Of a stretch of 31,184 nucleotides of DNA, positions 28,937 through 31,184 are shown piece by piece; position 1 is the stretch's first letter; each line of letters opens with the position of its first letter. The position numbers and the translations under genes are program-made. This stretch comes from an uncultured bacterium (GTDB lineage: Bacteria > Zhuqueibacterota > QNDG01 > DSAB01), in contig CAZDVF010000001.1 of the NCBI GenBank assembly GCA_964508725.1, positions 1 to 31,184 on the forward strand. The letters run 5' to 3'. Under the pieces are notes generated by a model. That model made no database searches. It saw only the letters and a list, made by a program, of their open reading frames with translations, and was not told where the DNA came from.

Positions 28937-31184
28937 CCGGCGGTCACTCTGGATTTTGATCCTCCTCATGGCCGGCAATCTGGCTCTGCAGAGGGGGCTC
29001 TTCCACAAAGGCATGGACAACGCTGTTTTGAACGCCCATTCTCCGACCCGAACTGATGCCCATGAGTACGTTGAACGAGCCCAGCTCCTGGCCGATGGTT
29101 TCCAGTTCCGGCGTGCCTTTGAAGATGGCTGGCGCACACCGGGATATCCACTCTTTATTGCAGGGTTTATCCGCCTGTTCGCCAAGCCGCTTCTGGCAGT
29201 CCGCCTGGCGCAGATGATACTCTCGTCGTTTCTGGCAACCCTGGCGTTCGCTATTCTCCGTTCTGTTCGCACGCCTGAGAAGCTGGCGCTTTTGGGTGGT
29301 TTTCTGGCAGCTCTTTGGATTCCCTTCTATTATTTTTCGCCCATTCTCTTTGCCGAGAGTGTGAGTCTGGTTGTTTATGGTTTGTTTCTCGTCTTCCTTT
29401 TCCGTCACGATCGAGAGAGTGTCTCCATTTCTTTTGTTTCGGGCATTCTCATGGCAGCGCTGATCTGTCTCAAGCCCAATCATCTGTTGCTGGTTGCGCC
29501 CGTTCTGGCGGTGTATTGGCTGGACTTCCGATTCCAAAAGCAGAGATATGGATGGAAGCCAGTAGCAGGACTTTTCTTTTCAATCGTTTTACTGCTCCTG
29601 CCGTGGTCTCTTTTTCTGTCCCGGTCAAACGGGCGATTCATCCTCTTGTCAACGACGCAGGGATATAACCTCTATTTGGGAACGGGCGCCGGCGTGGATG
29701 CGAATGATCCCACGTATGCTGGTTCGCTGCACCATCGGATAGGCTTGCGGTTTCATCTGTCCGATCCCCAAAAAACTGAAGAGCTTGTCCGGCTTTCGGA
29801 GATTTTCTCACCGGCCTGGCAGAGCGGTGCGTATCAGCAGGCTGCGATCCGAACCTGGCGGAAGCGTCCCGCAGCAACGGCCCTGTATGGTCTAACCAAA
29901 GTGCTCCACACTTATGGATTCAGTTTCCGCGGACTGCGGGACGCAGCGCTTGCAGGATTCACTTTGCTGTCCTTTTTCTGTGCGTGGGCAGTTTGGCGTG
30001 ATCCGGCACGGCGAAGCATGGCCATATTCTTTTGGAGCGTCTCCTGTCTTGTCGCGGTTCAGTCGTTTGTCTTTTTACCCAATCAGCGATTCAAGGTGGT
30101 TATGTTCGACCTGCCGGCTTTGCTGGTTATCGTCCTGGGACTTGATGGATTTCGCATCCAGTATCGAGGGCAGATCAAGCGTATCCTGGAGCAACTCTTG
30201 ATCCGACTTTTACGCTGGCAGCGTATTGCCGAGACAATTCCAGATCGGGGGAATGTCCACACGATAGTCGTTCCTCTTTTCGCCGGTATCGGTGACACGG
30301 TCATGTTGACGGCGTGCCTGCATCCTGTGCGAATGCATTTCCATCGTGCCGTCGTGACTTTATTTACTACGCCCCGAACCCATGGTGTTCTCGATGGCTG
30401 TTGTTCAGATTGCCAGTTTATTAATGGTGATTCACTGCGGCGACTTCTGCCTTATCGTGGACAGTTTGACCTGATGATCTGTCCGACGCGGAACCTGAGG
30501 CACTATGTGGCGGCGTTGTTGCTGAAACCCAAATGGCTCATCGGATTTAATTATAGCCTTCATATTCATCCGGGAGAGTCGCACATCGCTCGGGCCAATC
30601 GGATTCTCCACCAGTTGGATATCGAAGGAGATTATTTACCTTCTCTGACGTTGGATTCCGATCACATCGGTCAAGCTCGCATGAGTCTTCCAGATGCCAT
30701 CCAGGCGATGCAGGAGGGCTGGTTTGTTTTCTGCGTGGGCGGACGGTGGAAATCCAAAGTATACGCGATTCCACGATTTCGCTGTCTCATCGACCTGATG
30801 CGCCAGGCGGGGTGCTCCAGGCCGATCCTCCTCCTGGGGACTGAAGAGAAAAAGGGAGAACAGATTGCCGAGGCGCAAACGAACGTGTTCAACCTGGCCG
30901 GACGTACAAGCATTCCCGAAGCGATGGGACTGATCGCCGGCGCTGCGCTGGTTGTTGGCCCGGATGGAGGATTGCTCAATGCGGCCATGGCCATGAAACG
31001 GCCGGTCGTCGGTCTTTTTGGCCCGGTGCATCCCGAGACCATCATCCCGCCAGGATACCGTGACGCTGCCATCTTCATCCGGACATGCCCGTTCCAACCC
31101 TGCTACAATGAAGAGCACGAACCGGCGTGTGACGACGATCCACCGCGCTGTATGGCGATTCCCCCTGAACTGGTTTTTAAGACC
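28929..31184 (+). CDS. Fused GT-C (ArnT/PMT-like) membrane glycosyltransferase plus GT9 heptosyltransferase-like domain; 3' truncated at window edge; missing from the ORF track
   Basis: Hand translation finds no stop in 752 codons from ATG 28929. N-terminal part: DAHEY, RTPGYPLF, LFAES, LKPN, GYNLYLG, PNQRF with about 10-11 TM segments. C-terminal part: VVPLFAGIGD, GGRWKSK, NLAGRTSIPEA, VVGPDGGLLNAAMAMKRPVVGLFGP, CPFQPC...C...C. Confidence 0.85.
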   Translation, partial: MCNRRSLWILILLMAGNLALQRGLFHKGMDNAVLNAHSPTRTDAHEYVERAQLLADGFQFRRAFEDGWRTPGYPLFIAGFIRLFAKPLLAVRLAQMILSSFLATLAFAILRSVRTPEKLALLGGFLAALWIPFYYFSPILFAESVSLVVYGLFLVFLFRHDRESVSISFVSGILMAALICLKPNHLLLVAPVLAVYWLDFRFQKQRYGWKPVAGLFFSIVLLLLPWSLFLSRSNGRFILLSTTQGYNLYLGTGAGVDANDPTYAGSLHHRIGLRFHLSDPQKTEELVRLSEIFSPAWQSGAYQQAAIRTWRKRPAATALYGLTKVLHTYGFSFRGLRDAALAGFTLLSFFCAWAVWRDPARRSMAIFFWSVSCLVAVQSFVFLPNQRFKVVMFDLPALLVIVLGLDGFRIQYRGQIKRILEQLLIRLLRWQRIAETIPDRGNVHTIVVPLFAGIGDTVMLTACLHPVRMHFHRAVVTLFTTPRTHGVLDGCCSDCQFINGDSLRRLLPYRGQFDLMICPTRNLRHYVAALLLKPKWLIGFNYSLHIHPGESHIARANRILHQLDIEGDYLPSLTLDSDHIGQARMSLPDAIQAMQEGWFVFCVGGRWKSKVYAIPRFRCLIDLMRQAGCSRPILLLGTEEKKGEQIAEAQTNVFNLAGRTSIPEAMGLIAGAALVVGPDGGLLNAAMAMKRPVVGLFGPVHPETIIPPGYRDAAIFIRTCPFQPCYNEEHEPACDDDPPRCMAIPPELVFKT

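Noticed and set aside
28944-31118. Short ORF-track entries in the last 2.2 kb
   Set aside because: All are superseded by the single open + strand frame starting at 28929.
1-31184. CRISPR array, IS element or rRNA
   Set aside because: No regularly spaced repeats, transposase motifs or rRNA signatures were seen by eye.

Overview
A ~54% GC bacterial chromosomal segment with all genes on the + strand. The long SecA with Bacteroidota/Chlorobi-style insertions, the xerC-hpf-hprK-mlaD order and the SLBB/Wzz pair suggest an FCB-group lineage such as KSB1 or Calditrichota (inference, not a database result). The first 19.2 kb is housekeeping: yqeY (5' truncated), cvpA, mutS2, dnaG, tRNA-Ile2(CAT), C4 zinc-ribbon protein, RNase HI-like protein, RNase P RNA (rnpB), recJ, nusB, msrB, secA, topA, xerC, hpf, hprK, mlaD. 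From 19.4 kb to the right edge is a Wzx/Wzy surface-polysaccharide operon: rmlC-like, rmlB, UDP-GlcNAc dehydrogenase, SLBB export protein, Wzz/GumC-like co-polymerase, flippase, GT2, Wzy. The top finding is absent from the supplied ORF track: a stop-free 752-codon ORF (28929 to >31184), translated by hand, that fuses a multi-TM GT-C (ArnT/PMT-like) domain to a GT9 heptosyltransferase-like domain. Other oddities are a 101-aa insertion in SecA NBD2, a perfect 32-bp palindrome forming P9 of rnpB, a near-leaderless tRNA-Ile2 promoter overlapping the end of dnaG with rpoD absent from its usual position, and a perfect 11-1-11 palindrome ahead of the glycan operon. No mobile element or CRISPR array was seen.
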